From Polyangiales bacterium (GTDB lineage Bacteria > Myxococcota_A > Polyangia > Polyangiales > JADJQN01), in the NCBI GenBank assembly GCA_964202905.1, contig CAXNJO010000001.1, positions 640,001 through 704,000 on the forward strand: a stretch of DNA of 64,000 nt. The letters are read 5' to 3'. The position numbers were made by a program, and so were the translations under genes. This document shows, one piece after another, positions 50,821 to 61,176 of this stretch. The notes beneath the pieces were generated by a model. The model had not been told where the DNA came from and made no database searches. It saw only the letters and a program-made list of their open reading frames with translations. Position 1 is the stretch's first letter, and each line of letters opens with the position of its first letter.

Positions 50821-52146
50821 TCAACGGCGGCGTCGCGCCGGCGCGGTTTCTGTCGCGGGTGCGGCCTCAGGGGCCGGGGCAGCCGGGGCGGCCTGCGCAG
50901 CGGGGGCGGGCGCGGCTTCGGGCGCGGGGGGGTACGCCTCGGGCTGCGCCTCGAGCGCCTGACGGAGCGCATCGACGGCCTGACGCGCTTCGTCCGCGGC
51001 GGCGCGTGCGTCTTCCGCGGCGGCGCGCGCGTCGGCGGCGGCCGCGCTCTCGACGGAGGCGGCGAGGTCGCTGCCGAACCAATCGCTGCGGACCGCGAAG
51101 CCGAGCGAGAAGGCGTTGGTGAGCGCGGTGTTGCGGCCCCAGAGCGTGCGGCCGTACCCCACGTTCATCTCGACGGTGTCGGTGATCTTCACGATCATGC
51201 CGGCGTTCACGTCGATGGCGTCGCGCTCGAGGCGCACCTCGCGGAGGTAGAGGTTCGCGAGGCCCGCGTAGTCTTGCGCGGGGAGGTTCGGGTCGATCGC
51301 GGCGACCGAGATGCCGATGACGTCGCCGCGCTCGGCCGACCAGGTGAGCTGGCCGCCCACGTAGAAGAGCAGGCTCCGGCCGATGAGCTGACCGAGGCTC
51401 AGGCGGCCGACGAGCTGGTCCGCGGCCTTGCCGAAGCGCAGGTTGTAGCCCGCGTCGAGGCGCACGAAGGTGCGCGTCGGAAACGCGTAGCCGAGCAGCA
51501 CGTTGAGCCCGACGTCGAGCTGGCCATCGCCGAGCGTGACGTCGTCCTGCACGTTCGACGGGCGCGCGTAGGTGCCCGCGTTGTCGATGAAATCCTGGAT
51601 GCTGTTGGGGCGCGCGCCGAAGGTGCCGACCGGCGCGTCGTAGCCCGTGGGCGCCTTGATGCGCAGCTCGGTGGCGAGCGCGAGGGGCTGCAGCAGCCAG
51701 CGATAGCGCGTCGCGAACTGGATGTCGCCGATGCCGCTCCGCGTGCGCGCGAGCTGGATGATGTTCTGCTGGTAGTAGTCGAGCTCGGCGCCCGGGGTCA
51801 TCGCGACCGGGTCGTTGGGCAGGAGGATGACGGAGTCCGAGCCGTAGGAGACGAGCTTCAGCGGGAGGCTCACGTCGAGCTCGAGGCGGTCGGTCAGGCC
51901 CACGCGCGCCTGCACCGTGAACGTGGAGGCTTCGTAGCGCCCCGCGAGCGGGAAGTTGCGCGCGTCGCGGAACATCGCGTCGTCGCGCGAGAACCACTCC
52001 TGCGTCGCGAGCTGGTACGAGTAGCCTGCGGCCACCACGCCCGTACCGCGCGGCAACGTCCAGGGGGAGGCAGAGGCGAGCGAGGCTGTGCAGAGGACGA
52101 GCGCGGCCGGGAGCCACGCGAGCCAAGAGCGGGGAATGCGGTGCAT
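50821..52146 (-). CDS. Probable outer-membrane beta-barrel protein with an Ala-rich coiled-coil tail
   Basis: Signal peptide (ASA-SPW); GIGDIQF and KAPTGY amphipathic strands; Ala/Pro-rich C-terminus. Confidence 0.65.
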   Translation of the reverse strand: MHRIPRSWLAWLPAALVLCTASLASASPWTLPRGTGVVAAGYSYQLATQEWFSRDDAMFRDARNFPLAGRYEASTFTVQARVGLTDRLELDVSLPLKLVSYGSDSVILLPNDPVAMTPGAELDYYQQNIIQLARTRSGIGDIQFATRYRWLLQPLALATELRIKAPTGYDAPVGTFGARPNSIQDFIDNAGTYARPSNVQDDVTLGDGQLDVGLNVLLGYAFPTRTFVRLDAGYNLRFGKAADQLVGRLSLGQLIGRSLLFYVGGQLTWSAERGDVIGISVAAIDPNLPAQDYAGLANLYLREVRLERDAIDVNAGMIVKITDTVEMNVGYGRTLWGRNTALTNAFSLGFAVRSDWFGSDLAASVESAAAADARAAAEDARAAADEARQAVDALRQALEAQPEAYPPAPEAAPAPAAQAAPAAPAPEAAPATETAPARRRR

Positions 52147-52255
52147 GGGTCGGGTCCGGGGCGGCGGGTCGCGGTTTAAGGGAGGGTCGGGGCGGCGGCG
52201 GGGGAAGAGGCGCGCCGCGCGCGGGGGCGTGACGTCGGGGCCTGCCGCTAGAACG

Positions 52256-54013
<1,758 letters not shown>

Positions 54014-54255
54014 GATTCCGCACTCCGACTGCCGGTCTCACCACGAAACACGTGCGACGGGTGGGAGCCTACCGCGCCCCGGGGTCGTTGGGTCATCTCT
54101 TCGTCCGTGACGACTCCGATGCGCGTCGACCGGGCGGCGCCGCGGAGAGGCGCGCCCGGGGTCGTTGCAACCCACGGATCGCGCCCGTATCGTTCCGCGC
54201 TCCCGCTCATCCCGTTATTTCGGCGATCGCCGCCCTCCGTCGAGGAGCCCCAGCC

Positions 54256-55074
54256 GTGCGCGTCAACCTCCGGAAGGTGCTCTTCATCCTTCCCAACCTC
54301 TTCACGCTCTCGAGCATCTTCTGCGGCTTCTACGCGGCGGTGCTCTGCCTCGGCGCGGGCGACGGGAGCCTCCCGACGGCGGACGACTTCCACCGCGCCG
54401 CGCTGCTCATCGTGTTCGCGATGTTCTTCGACGCGATGGACGGCCGCGTCGCGCGCCTGACGAAGACGCAGAGCGCCTTCGGCGTGCAGATTGACTCGCT
54501 CGCCGATCTGTCGTCGTTCGGCGTCGCGCCCGCGCTGCTCGTGTACCGCTGGTCGCTCGCGCCGCTCGGCGGGCTCGGTGTCGCGGCGGCGTTCGGCTTC
54601 CTCGCGTGCGCGGCCATCCGCCTCGCGCGCTTCAACGTGCTCGCGATGACGGAGTCGGGCGCGCCGAAGAAGGCGTCCGCCTTCTTCGCGGGTCTGCCGA
54701 CGCCGGGCGCCGCGGGGATCGTCGTCTCGCTGATCGTCGCCGACCACGCGCGCGCCGGGGCGCTGCCGGGCCCGGGCAGCCCGGGGCTGATGCTCGCCGT
54801 GGTGATCGTCGTCTCGCTGCTCATGGTCAGCAGCCTGCCGTTCCGCTCGTTCAAGGATGTGAAGGCGGGCCCGCCGGCGTTCCTGTTCGCGGGCGCGACG
54901 CTCGCCTCGACGGTCGCGGTCGGCGTGCTCGTGCACCCGGCCTTCGCCCTCGCCTGGCTGCTCGGCGGCTACGTCATGCTCGCGCTGGTCGAGGGCACGC
55001 TGCAGCTCTCGCGTCGCGTCTCCCGCCGTGACGCCCGCCGTGCCCGCGTCTTCGCGCGTCGCGACGCGGAGTAA
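54256..55074 (+). CDS. pssA: CDP-diacylglycerol--serine O-phosphatidyltransferase
   Basis: LPNLFT; DAMDGRVAR...FGVQIDSLADLSSFGVAP; RLARFN. Confidence 0.93.
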   Translation: MRVNLRKVLFILPNLFTLSSIFCGFYAAVLCLGAGDGSLPTADDFHRAALLIVFAMFFDAMDGRVARLTKTQSAFGVQIDSLADLSSFGVAPALLVYRWSLAPLGGLGVAAAFGFLACAAIRLARFNVLAMTESGAPKKASAFFAGLPTPGAAGIVVSLIVADHARAGALPGPGSPGLMLAVVIVVSLLMVSSLPFRSFKDVKAGPPAFLFAGATLASTVAVGVLVHPAFALAWLLGGYVMLALVEGTLQLSRRVSRRDARRARVFARRDAE

Positions 55075-55078
55075 CGCA

Positions 55079-55663
55079 GTGTCCGCGCCCCGTGCCACGC
55101 CGCGCCTCGCGCGCATCGGCCTGCTCGCCGCGCTCGCGTGCGCGCCCGCATGCGGCGACGACGGGGGACCGACGCCCGACGCGCTGCTCGCGAAGAGCTG
55201 CGCGGGCGAGCGGCTCGATGTGTGCGAGCCGTACGCCTACGCGGTCGCGACGGGCGGCAGCCTCACGCCCGAGCGGCTGCGCGTCGGGGATCTGCTCGCC
55301 GACGGGCGCATGCAGGCGACGTATCGGAGCTGCGGCGCGTCGGCGCCCGCGCGGCACCGCATCCGCGTCGACGCGGTGACGACGGTGGTCGCGCCCGACG
55401 CGGGGCCGAGCGAGCGCGCGTTCTTTCTGCTCGAGACGGAGGACACCGACGGCGACGGCGCGGTCGACGTGACCGTGCCCAACCCGTTCGACACGGGCTT
55501 CCCCGCGTCCACGCGCCTCACGCTGCGTTTCACGCCCCGCGTCGACGTGCCCGTCACGCTGCCCGACGGCACGGTCACCACGCGATCGTGCGAGGGCGCC
55601 GTGTTCTCGGTGCCGTACACGACCGGCGAGCGTTACCGCGTCGTGCGCGACGGCGGGGTCTGA
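55079..55663 (+). CDS. Hypothetical lipoprotein
   Basis: Hydrophobic signal followed by CGDDGG; DTDGDG Ca-binding-like loop; four further Cys. Confidence 0.65.
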   Translation: MSAPRATPRLARIGLLAALACAPACGDDGGPTPDALLAKSCAGERLDVCEPYAYAVATGGSLTPERLRVGDLLADGRMQATYRSCGASAPARHRIRVDAVTTVVAPDAGPSERAFFLLETEDTDGDGAVDVTVPNPFDTGFPASTRLTLRFTPRVDVPVTLPDGTVTTRSCEGAVFSVPYTTGERYRVVRDGGV

Positions 55664-55712
55664 GCGGGGCCGTCGAGCGCGGCGTGCTCCGGCGCCGTGA
55701 CTGAACCGTCAT

Positions 55713-57404
55713 TCAGTCGCGCGCGGCGCGGCGCGCGTGCGCGGGGTTCTCGTAGACGGTGACGATCGGCACGCCGTCGTAGGTCAGCACGTGCACTGGC
55801 GCGACGGCGCCGAAGGCGATCCACGCCTGCATCTCGACCTCGGCGAAGTGCTTCTCGTGGTGCACGAGCACGAAGTCGGCGCGCGCGAGGTCGGGCGTCG
55901 CGCGGATGTTCTCGGGGAGCAGGCCGTCACGCTGGAGCATGCGCCACGCGCCCCAGGTGGTGTCGCAGATCCACACGGTGCCGCCCTCGGGCATCCGCTC
56001 ACGCAGCCACGGGACGAGGCTGCCCGTCGTGAAGCCCCAGAACTGGCGGTTCATCCCGTGCGTCGCGGCGCCGGGCACGCCGCCCGCGAGCATCCCGTAG
56101 TGGGAGAGGCCGAAGGGGTGGCTGTGTGCGGTCTCCGCGAAGGCGGGCGCGAGCAGCAGCAGGCCGAGCGCGACGCGCAGCGCGTGGCGCTGCCACGGGG
56201 TGCGACGTCGTGCGACCACGACCAGCGCGCGCGCCGTGTACGCGAAGCCCACACCCGCGAAGAGCGCGAGGAAGGGATAGGCGGGGAACCAGTGCTTGGT
56301 ACCACCGAAGATGGGGGTCGACGGCAGCGCGATCACGACGAGCGGCTGCAGCAGCGCGCCGACGAAGAGGACATCCGTCGCGCGGCGATCGGCGCGGGCC
56401 TCCGCGAAGAGCGGCAGGCGTACGGAGAGCGCGCGCGGCAGCAGCGTGCGCGCGCGGCGCACGAGCGCGCCGAGCGCGAGCACCAGTGTCGTGACGGGCA
56501 CGGTGAAGGCCGTCATCACGAACGGGTAGCCGATGGGGAAGGGCGGCCGGTAGTGGTTCCGGCCGAAGTACTCCATGTTGTAGTACTCGTGGTGCAGGTG
56601 GAACGCGGCGTATTCCTGAAAACGCTGCGCGGTCTGGTGCCAGAGCCACGGCCAACTCCCCACGAAGATCGCCGGCCCGAGCACCGCCATCGCGAGCAGC
56701 CACCACGGCACGAGCGACACCGCGCGCGCGTGCCCGCGGCGCCGCGCCTGCAGCTCGCCCACGACGCACCACACCCAGTGGATGAGCAACACGCCCGGCA
56801 GCAGCCACGCGTTGTGCTTCGTCGCGAGCGCGAGCCCGTACGCGAGGCCCGCGGCGAGGGCCCAGCGCGGCTGCGTGAGCGAGCGCCAGTACGCGTAGGT
56901 GACGAGCGTCAGGAAGAACGTGATCGGGACGTCGAAGCAGTCGAGGTGCGCGTGATAGAAGACGCGCGGCAGCAGCGCGAGCGCGCCCGCCGCGAAGAGC
57001 CCCGCCGTGCGCCCGACGCTGCGCGCGCCGAAGACGTAGACGAGCCAGAGCAGCAGCCCCGCCGTCAGCATCCCGGGGAAGCGGAACGCCAGCGAGTCGC
57101 TCGGGAAGACGTGCCACGTCTGCTGCGCGAGCCACGACAGCGCGAACGCCGTCTTCATCAGCGCGGGGTGCTCGTGGTTGTAGGACCAGCCGCGGTCGAT
57201 GGCCTCGGGGAGCATCGCGGCTGCTGGCTCACGCGCGAGCTGCTCGAGCCAGCGCGCGTAGGACTCGGCGGCGTCGACGTAGAAGGCTTCGTCGCGGGCC
57301 ATCGCGAGATCCCCCGCGGTCGCGACGAGCACCGCGACGTACGCGGCGCAGAGCGCGAGCCCGAGCGCGTGATCGCGCCAGCCGACGGGGCGCTGCGCGA
57401 TCAT
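55713..57404 (-). CDS. GT-C fold glycosyltransferase (family 39/ArnT/PMT-like)
   Basis: ARDEAFY, EHPALMK, CFDVP and LATKHN motifs; many TM helices. Confidence 0.85.
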   Translation of the reverse strand: MIAQRPVGWRDHALGLALCAAYVAVLVATAGDLAMARDEAFYVDAAESYARWLEQLAREPAAAMLPEAIDRGWSYNHEHPALMKTAFALSWLAQQTWHVFPSDSLAFRFPGMLTAGLLLWLVYVFGARSVGRTAGLFAAGALALLPRVFYHAHLDCFDVPITFFLTLVTYAYWRSLTQPRWALAAGLAYGLALATKHNAWLLPGVLLIHWVWCVVGELQARRRGHARAVSLVPWWLLAMAVLGPAIFVGSWPWLWHQTAQRFQEYAAFHLHHEYYNMEYFGRNHYRPPFPIGYPFVMTAFTVPVTTLVLALGALVRRARTLLPRALSVRLPLFAEARADRRATDVLFVGALLQPLVVIALPSTPIFGGTKHWFPAYPFLALFAGVGFAYTARALVVVARRRTPWQRHALRVALGLLLLAPAFAETAHSHPFGLSHYGMLAGGVPGAATHGMNRQFWGFTTGSLVPWLRERMPEGGTVWICDTTWGAWRMLQRDGLLPENIRATPDLARADFVLVHHEKHFAEVEMQAWIAFGAVAPVHVLTYDGVPIVTVYENPAHARRAARD

Positions 57405-58471
57405 GGGGCGCTCCGCGGGCGGCGTGGGCCCTCTTGCGTCTGCGCGGCCCAGCAGAAGGTGCGCAGGTGCGGGTTCTCGGCGCTCACCTCGATCGCGACG
57501 TCGCCGCGCGTGCCGGGCTGCGTGGCCGTCGTGACCTCCATGCGCTTCCAGCCGTCGAGATCGCGGTGCGTCATGCGCCCCGCGACGCGCCCATCGACCT
57601 TCACGACGACGTCGATCGGGCCGTGTTCGCCCATGCGCTCGTGCTCCGAATACGGGCCTCCGTAGAGGACGAGGCGCGTGCCGAGCGGCACGTCGCGGAA
57701 CGTCGCGCGGATGGGCTCGCGGCCCTGCGGGTGCTGATACACGCAGTGACGCGCTTCGAGCGCGAGGTCCTCCTGCACGGTCGCCGCGACCCAGAGCCAC
57801 GGCCGCCGCGGATCGCAGACGAAGCGCTCCGCCGGCGTCGCCGCGCCGCCGCCGAGCCCACCCGCCTGCACGACACCGCCACGCCAGGGGCAGGGCAGCG
57901 CGGCCTCGCTCTCGACGCGCTCGACCACGGCCTCGCGGACGTGGGCGACGAGGTCGTGTCGCACGGGGGAGGCGCCGAGATCCCAGCGCAGCACGCGGAC
58001 CCGCCCGAAAACCCTTTGAAAATCGGGCTCTCTCGCGGGTGCTCCGCGCGGGCGCTCGCCGCGGATCGAGAGCGCCCACAGCCGCGTGAAGGCGTCCGTG
58101 TCGCTGTGCCCCGCCTGCGCGAGCGTGATGCGGTCGCCGAGCACGAGGCGCAGCAGCGGATCCGTCCATGCGGGCGCCGACACCACGAGATCACCCGGCT
58201 GCTCCGCGCGCCGCACGAAGTCGGCCGCGGCGCGCCAGTCCTCGAGCGGCGGGACGCGTGACACCGTGAGCGTGAGCGAGGTGAGCTCGACGGCCGCGAG
58301 CAGCGGCAGGAGCAGCCAATAGTGTTTGAGCCGCGCGCGCCACACGCCCGCGCGCGAGGCCTCTTCCGGCGTGACGGGCCGCGAGCGTGGCGGCGTGTCC
58401 GGTCCGGGGGCGCGCGCAGCGGTGGGCGCCGTGCTCGGCGATGCGCCCGGGGTCGTCGGGTCGGTGGTCAC
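57401..58471 (-). CDS. Hypothetical membrane-anchored protein, coupled to the GT-C gene
   Basis: One N-terminal TM helix, then WRAAADFV...GDLVV and a beta-rich domain; stop overlaps the GT-C ATG (ATGA). Confidence 0.7.
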   Translation of the reverse strand: MTTDPTTPGASPSTAPTAARAPGPDTPPRSRPVTPEEASRAGVWRARLKHYWLLLPLLAAVELTSLTLTVSRVPPLEDWRAAADFVRRAEQPGDLVVSAPAWTDPLLRLVLGDRITLAQAGHSDTDAFTRLWALSIRGERPRGAPAREPDFQRVFGRVRVLRWDLGASPVRHDLVAHVREAVVERVESEAALPCPWRGGVVQAGGLGGGAATPAERFVCDPRRPWLWVAATVQEDLALEARHCVYQHPQGREPIRATFRDVPLGTRLVLYGGPYSEHERMGEHGPIDVVVKVDGRVAGRMTHRDLDGWKRMEVTTATQPGTRGDVAIEVSAENPHLRTFCWAAQTQEGPRRPRSAP

Positions 58472-58565
58472 GCGGACGGGCGATGGTAGAGGCGCGCTCC
58501 GCGCTGTCAAACGCGCGGCGCGGCTCTCTTGCCGCGCGCGACGGCGGGCGGCTACGATGGCCGAG

Positions 58566-59891
58566 ATGCACTTTCTTTCGTCGCTACGCCGGGATCCGTC
58601 CGCTTGCCTCGCGCGCTCGCTGCTGGCCGGGTCGCTGCTCGCCGGTTCCTTCGGGCTCGGGGCCTGCGGCGACGACGACACGCGCCCCCCGGCGCCGCCC
58701 CCACGCGACATGGACATCACGTTCGACGCCGGTGACGGGGGCATGCTGGACGGGGACGTCGGCGACGCGGGCGGCGGCGACGGCGGCACGGTGGCGGACG
58801 GCGGCACGGGCGCCTGCCGCGTCGAGGGCGACATCCTCACGCTCGCGACGGATGTCGTCGATCGGAGCGTGCGCGCCCCGGACGTCGCGGTGAGCGGCTC
58901 GACCTTCGCGATCGTGTGGACCGACGCGCGCAGCGGCGTCGCGGACGCGTTCGTGTACGCGTGGCCGGCCGCGGCCGCGTCGGGCACCGAGGTGCGCCTG
59001 ACCGACGACTTCTCGCCGACGCGCGACGTGCGCATCGCAGGACGCACGGATGGCTTCGCGGTGGGCTGGATCGACAACAGCCTCGGCTCGTTCGAGTTGC
59101 TCGCGCGGTCGCTCAGCGCGGAGGGCGCGATCGACGACCCGATCCAGCGGATCACCAACAACATGCAGCGCGAGGACTCGCCCTCGCTCGCGCAGCTCGC
59201 CGATGGCTCGGCGATGGTGGCCTGGCTCGAGTCCGACGGACTCGGCAGCCCGGCGACGTCGCGTGCGGTGCCGCTCGACGTCGTGGCCCGCGCGGTCGGG
59301 ACCCCGGCCATGCCCGTCGTGCCCCCGAGCCTGCCTGCGGATCCGCGGCTCGGGCGCCTCGGAGACGGTGCGGCGCTCGGCTGGACGGAAGCCGGCACCG
59401 TGTACGTCCAGCCGCTCACGCCGACGGGCGCGGCCCGCGGTGCGGCGACGACGATCAACACCGAGGGGAACGCGAGCACCTCGCCGTCGCTCGCGCTCGG
59501 CGACACGGGCGGCGGTGTCGCGTTCGGCGTGCTCGTCGCGGGCGCGCGCCAGGAGATCCGCATGCGCACGGTCGACGCGTCGGGGGTGCCCGATGGCCCG
59601 GAGGCCATCCTCACGCCGCCGCCGAGTCGCGGCACCGACCCCAAGATCGCCACGTTCGCCACCGGCTACGCCGTCGCGTACCGCACCAACGAGGGCAGCG
59701 GCAGCATCCGCCTCGCGTTCGCGACCGCCCTCGGTGAGTTGTCGAGCACCCTCGAGGTGGCCACCACGGCGTCGTCGCTCGGGAGCGGGCCCGGGCTCGC
59801 GGTCGCCCCGGACGGCCGCATGGTGCTCGCCTGGCTCGAGACCGACACCGTGACCGCGACCGTGCGCGCGGCGAAGGTGGTCTGCGAATGA
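58566..59891 (+). CDS. Lipoprotein with beta-propeller-like repeats
   Basis: Lipobox LGAC; repeated P-x-(V/L/I)-A...hhhW blades; start taken 7 nt after TACGAT. Confidence 0.75.
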   Translation: MHFLSSLRRDPSACLARSLLAGSLLAGSFGLGACGDDDTRPPAPPPRDMDITFDAGDGGMLDGDVGDAGGGDGGTVADGGTGACRVEGDILTLATDVVDRSVRAPDVAVSGSTFAIVWTDARSGVADAFVYAWPAAAASGTEVRLTDDFSPTRDVRIAGRTDGFAVGWIDNSLGSFELLARSLSAEGAIDDPIQRITNNMQREDSPSLAQLADGSAMVAWLESDGLGSPATSRAVPLDVVARAVGTPAMPVVPPSLPADPRLGRLGDGAALGWTEAGTVYVQPLTPTGAARGAATTINTEGNASTSPSLALGDTGGGVAFGVLVAGARQEIRMRTVDASGVPDGPEAILTPPPSRGTDPKIATFATGYAVAYRTNEGSGSIRLAFATALGELSSTLEVATTASSLGSGPGLAVAPDGRMVLAWLETDTVTATVRAAKVVCE

Positions 59892-61045
59892 CGCCGAATC
59901 GAGGCGCACTCTTGCGCGTCGCGTCGCTCGTCGTGGTCGCTCTTCTCGTCGGGGCGTGCGGCGACGACGGGCGACCGCCGACCCCACCGCCGGTGGATTT
60001 CGGCCTCGACGCATCGCGTGACGCCGGCGCATCCGACGCCGCGTCGTCCGACGGCGACGTTCCGCTGCCCGACGGCGAGCTCCTCGACGCCGCCCCACCG
60101 CCTGACGGCGAGGCGCCCGCGGACGCCGCCCCGCTGCTCGACGGCGAGGTACCCCCCGACGGCGAGGTGCCCCCCGACGCCGACGCGATCTTCGACGCGG
60201 GCGCGGAGTCCGATGGCGAGGTGCCTTTCGACGCCGATCTGTTGACCGACTTCGGCCCGCCCGGCTTGCCCGAGGGAGGGCCCCCGAGCACGTGCTTCGA
60301 CGACGGTGGCGTGTTCGACTCGTGTCGCTGCGAGCGGTTCGGTCCGGCGTGCGGCGCCTCGTCCGATCCGTCTTGCGCCGGCGGAGAGGCGTGTGTCGAC
60401 ACGGGTTGCGGCTTCGCGACCTGCCTGCCGACCGGCAGCACCTGCGTGGGCGACGCCGACTGCACGCCCGGCGCGACGTGCGTGGCGGGCAGCGGCGGGC
60501 TCGGCCGCTGCGCGCCGAGCACGCCGGATTGCGTCGACTCCCGGGATTGCCCGCTCGGCTACGCCTGCGAGCTCTCGCCCTCCGGCCGCTCTTGCGTGAA
60601 TCGCCGCATCCGCTGTGGTCCCGTGCAGCCTTGTCCGAACGGCTTCGAGTGCAGGCCCGCCGAAGGCATGGTCTTCGTCTGCGCCCCGGTGCACCGGCGG
60701 TGCAGCGACCCCGGCGCGTGTCCGGCCCGTCGCTGCCTCGACGTCGATCTCGACGGGCGAACGGAGTGCACCCACACCGGCGAATGTGTCAGCAACCTCT
60801 TGTGCGCCGACGACCTCGTGTGTGGCTTCGACCCGGACCGCGTCGCCATGGTCTGCGGACGGTTCGGTCCGTGTGAGCGCGAGTCGGACTGCGTCGCGGG
60901 CTTCACGTGCCTCGACGTCTGGGGCGATGGAATCAAGCAGTGCGAGCCCGAGGGCGGCTCCTGCGCGGCCGGTACCTGCCCCGCCCGGCAGGTCTGCGGG
61001 AGCCTCCTCTCGGGGGGGCCCCCACAGTGCCTCTCGTTTCTGTGA
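59888..61045 (+). CDS. Cys-rich repeat lipoprotein
   Basis: Lipobox VGAC; Asp/Pro-rich linker (DGEVPP repeats); about eight Cys-rich modules; ATGA overlap with the upstream gene. Confidence 0.8.
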   Translation: MTPNRGALLRVASLVVVALLVGACGDDGRPPTPPPVDFGLDASRDAGASDAASSDGDVPLPDGELLDAAPPPDGEAPADAAPLLDGEVPPDGEVPPDADAIFDAGAESDGEVPFDADLLTDFGPPGLPEGGPPSTCFDDGGVFDSCRCERFGPACGASSDPSCAGGEACVDTGCGFATCLPTGSTCVGDADCTPGATCVAGSGGLGRCAPSTPDCVDSRDCPLGYACELSPSGRSCVNRRIRCGPVQPCPNGFECRPAEGMVFVCAPVHRRCSDPGACPARRCLDVDLDGRTECTHTGECVSNLLCADDLVCGFDPDRVAMVCGRFGPCERESDCVAGFTCLDVWGDGIKQCEPEGGSCAAGTCPARQVCGSLLSGGPPQCLSFL

Positions 61046-61135
61046 CCCCGCACTTTTTTCACAACCCCGCAACGATGCACCGCTGAGGTCTGCGTCGTTC
61101 GGTTGATTCTTCTTTGATTTCGATAGCATCAGCCC

Positions 61136-61151
61136 CGGCCCGAGGGTTGCA
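61136..61151 (+). promoter_or_regulatory. Candidate sigma54 promoter of the giant adhesin
   Basis: CGGCCCG-AGGG-TTGCA (GG-N10-GC), preceded by a T-rich tract; GAGGA RBS and ATG follow. Confidence 0.5.
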
Positions 61152-61176
61152 CAGCCACCGCCCCGCGAGGACTCTC

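Noticed and set aside
55699..55718. LexA box GACTGAACCGTCATTCAGTC
   Set aside because: Lies between convergent gene ends with no promoter to control; more likely a 3' hairpin.
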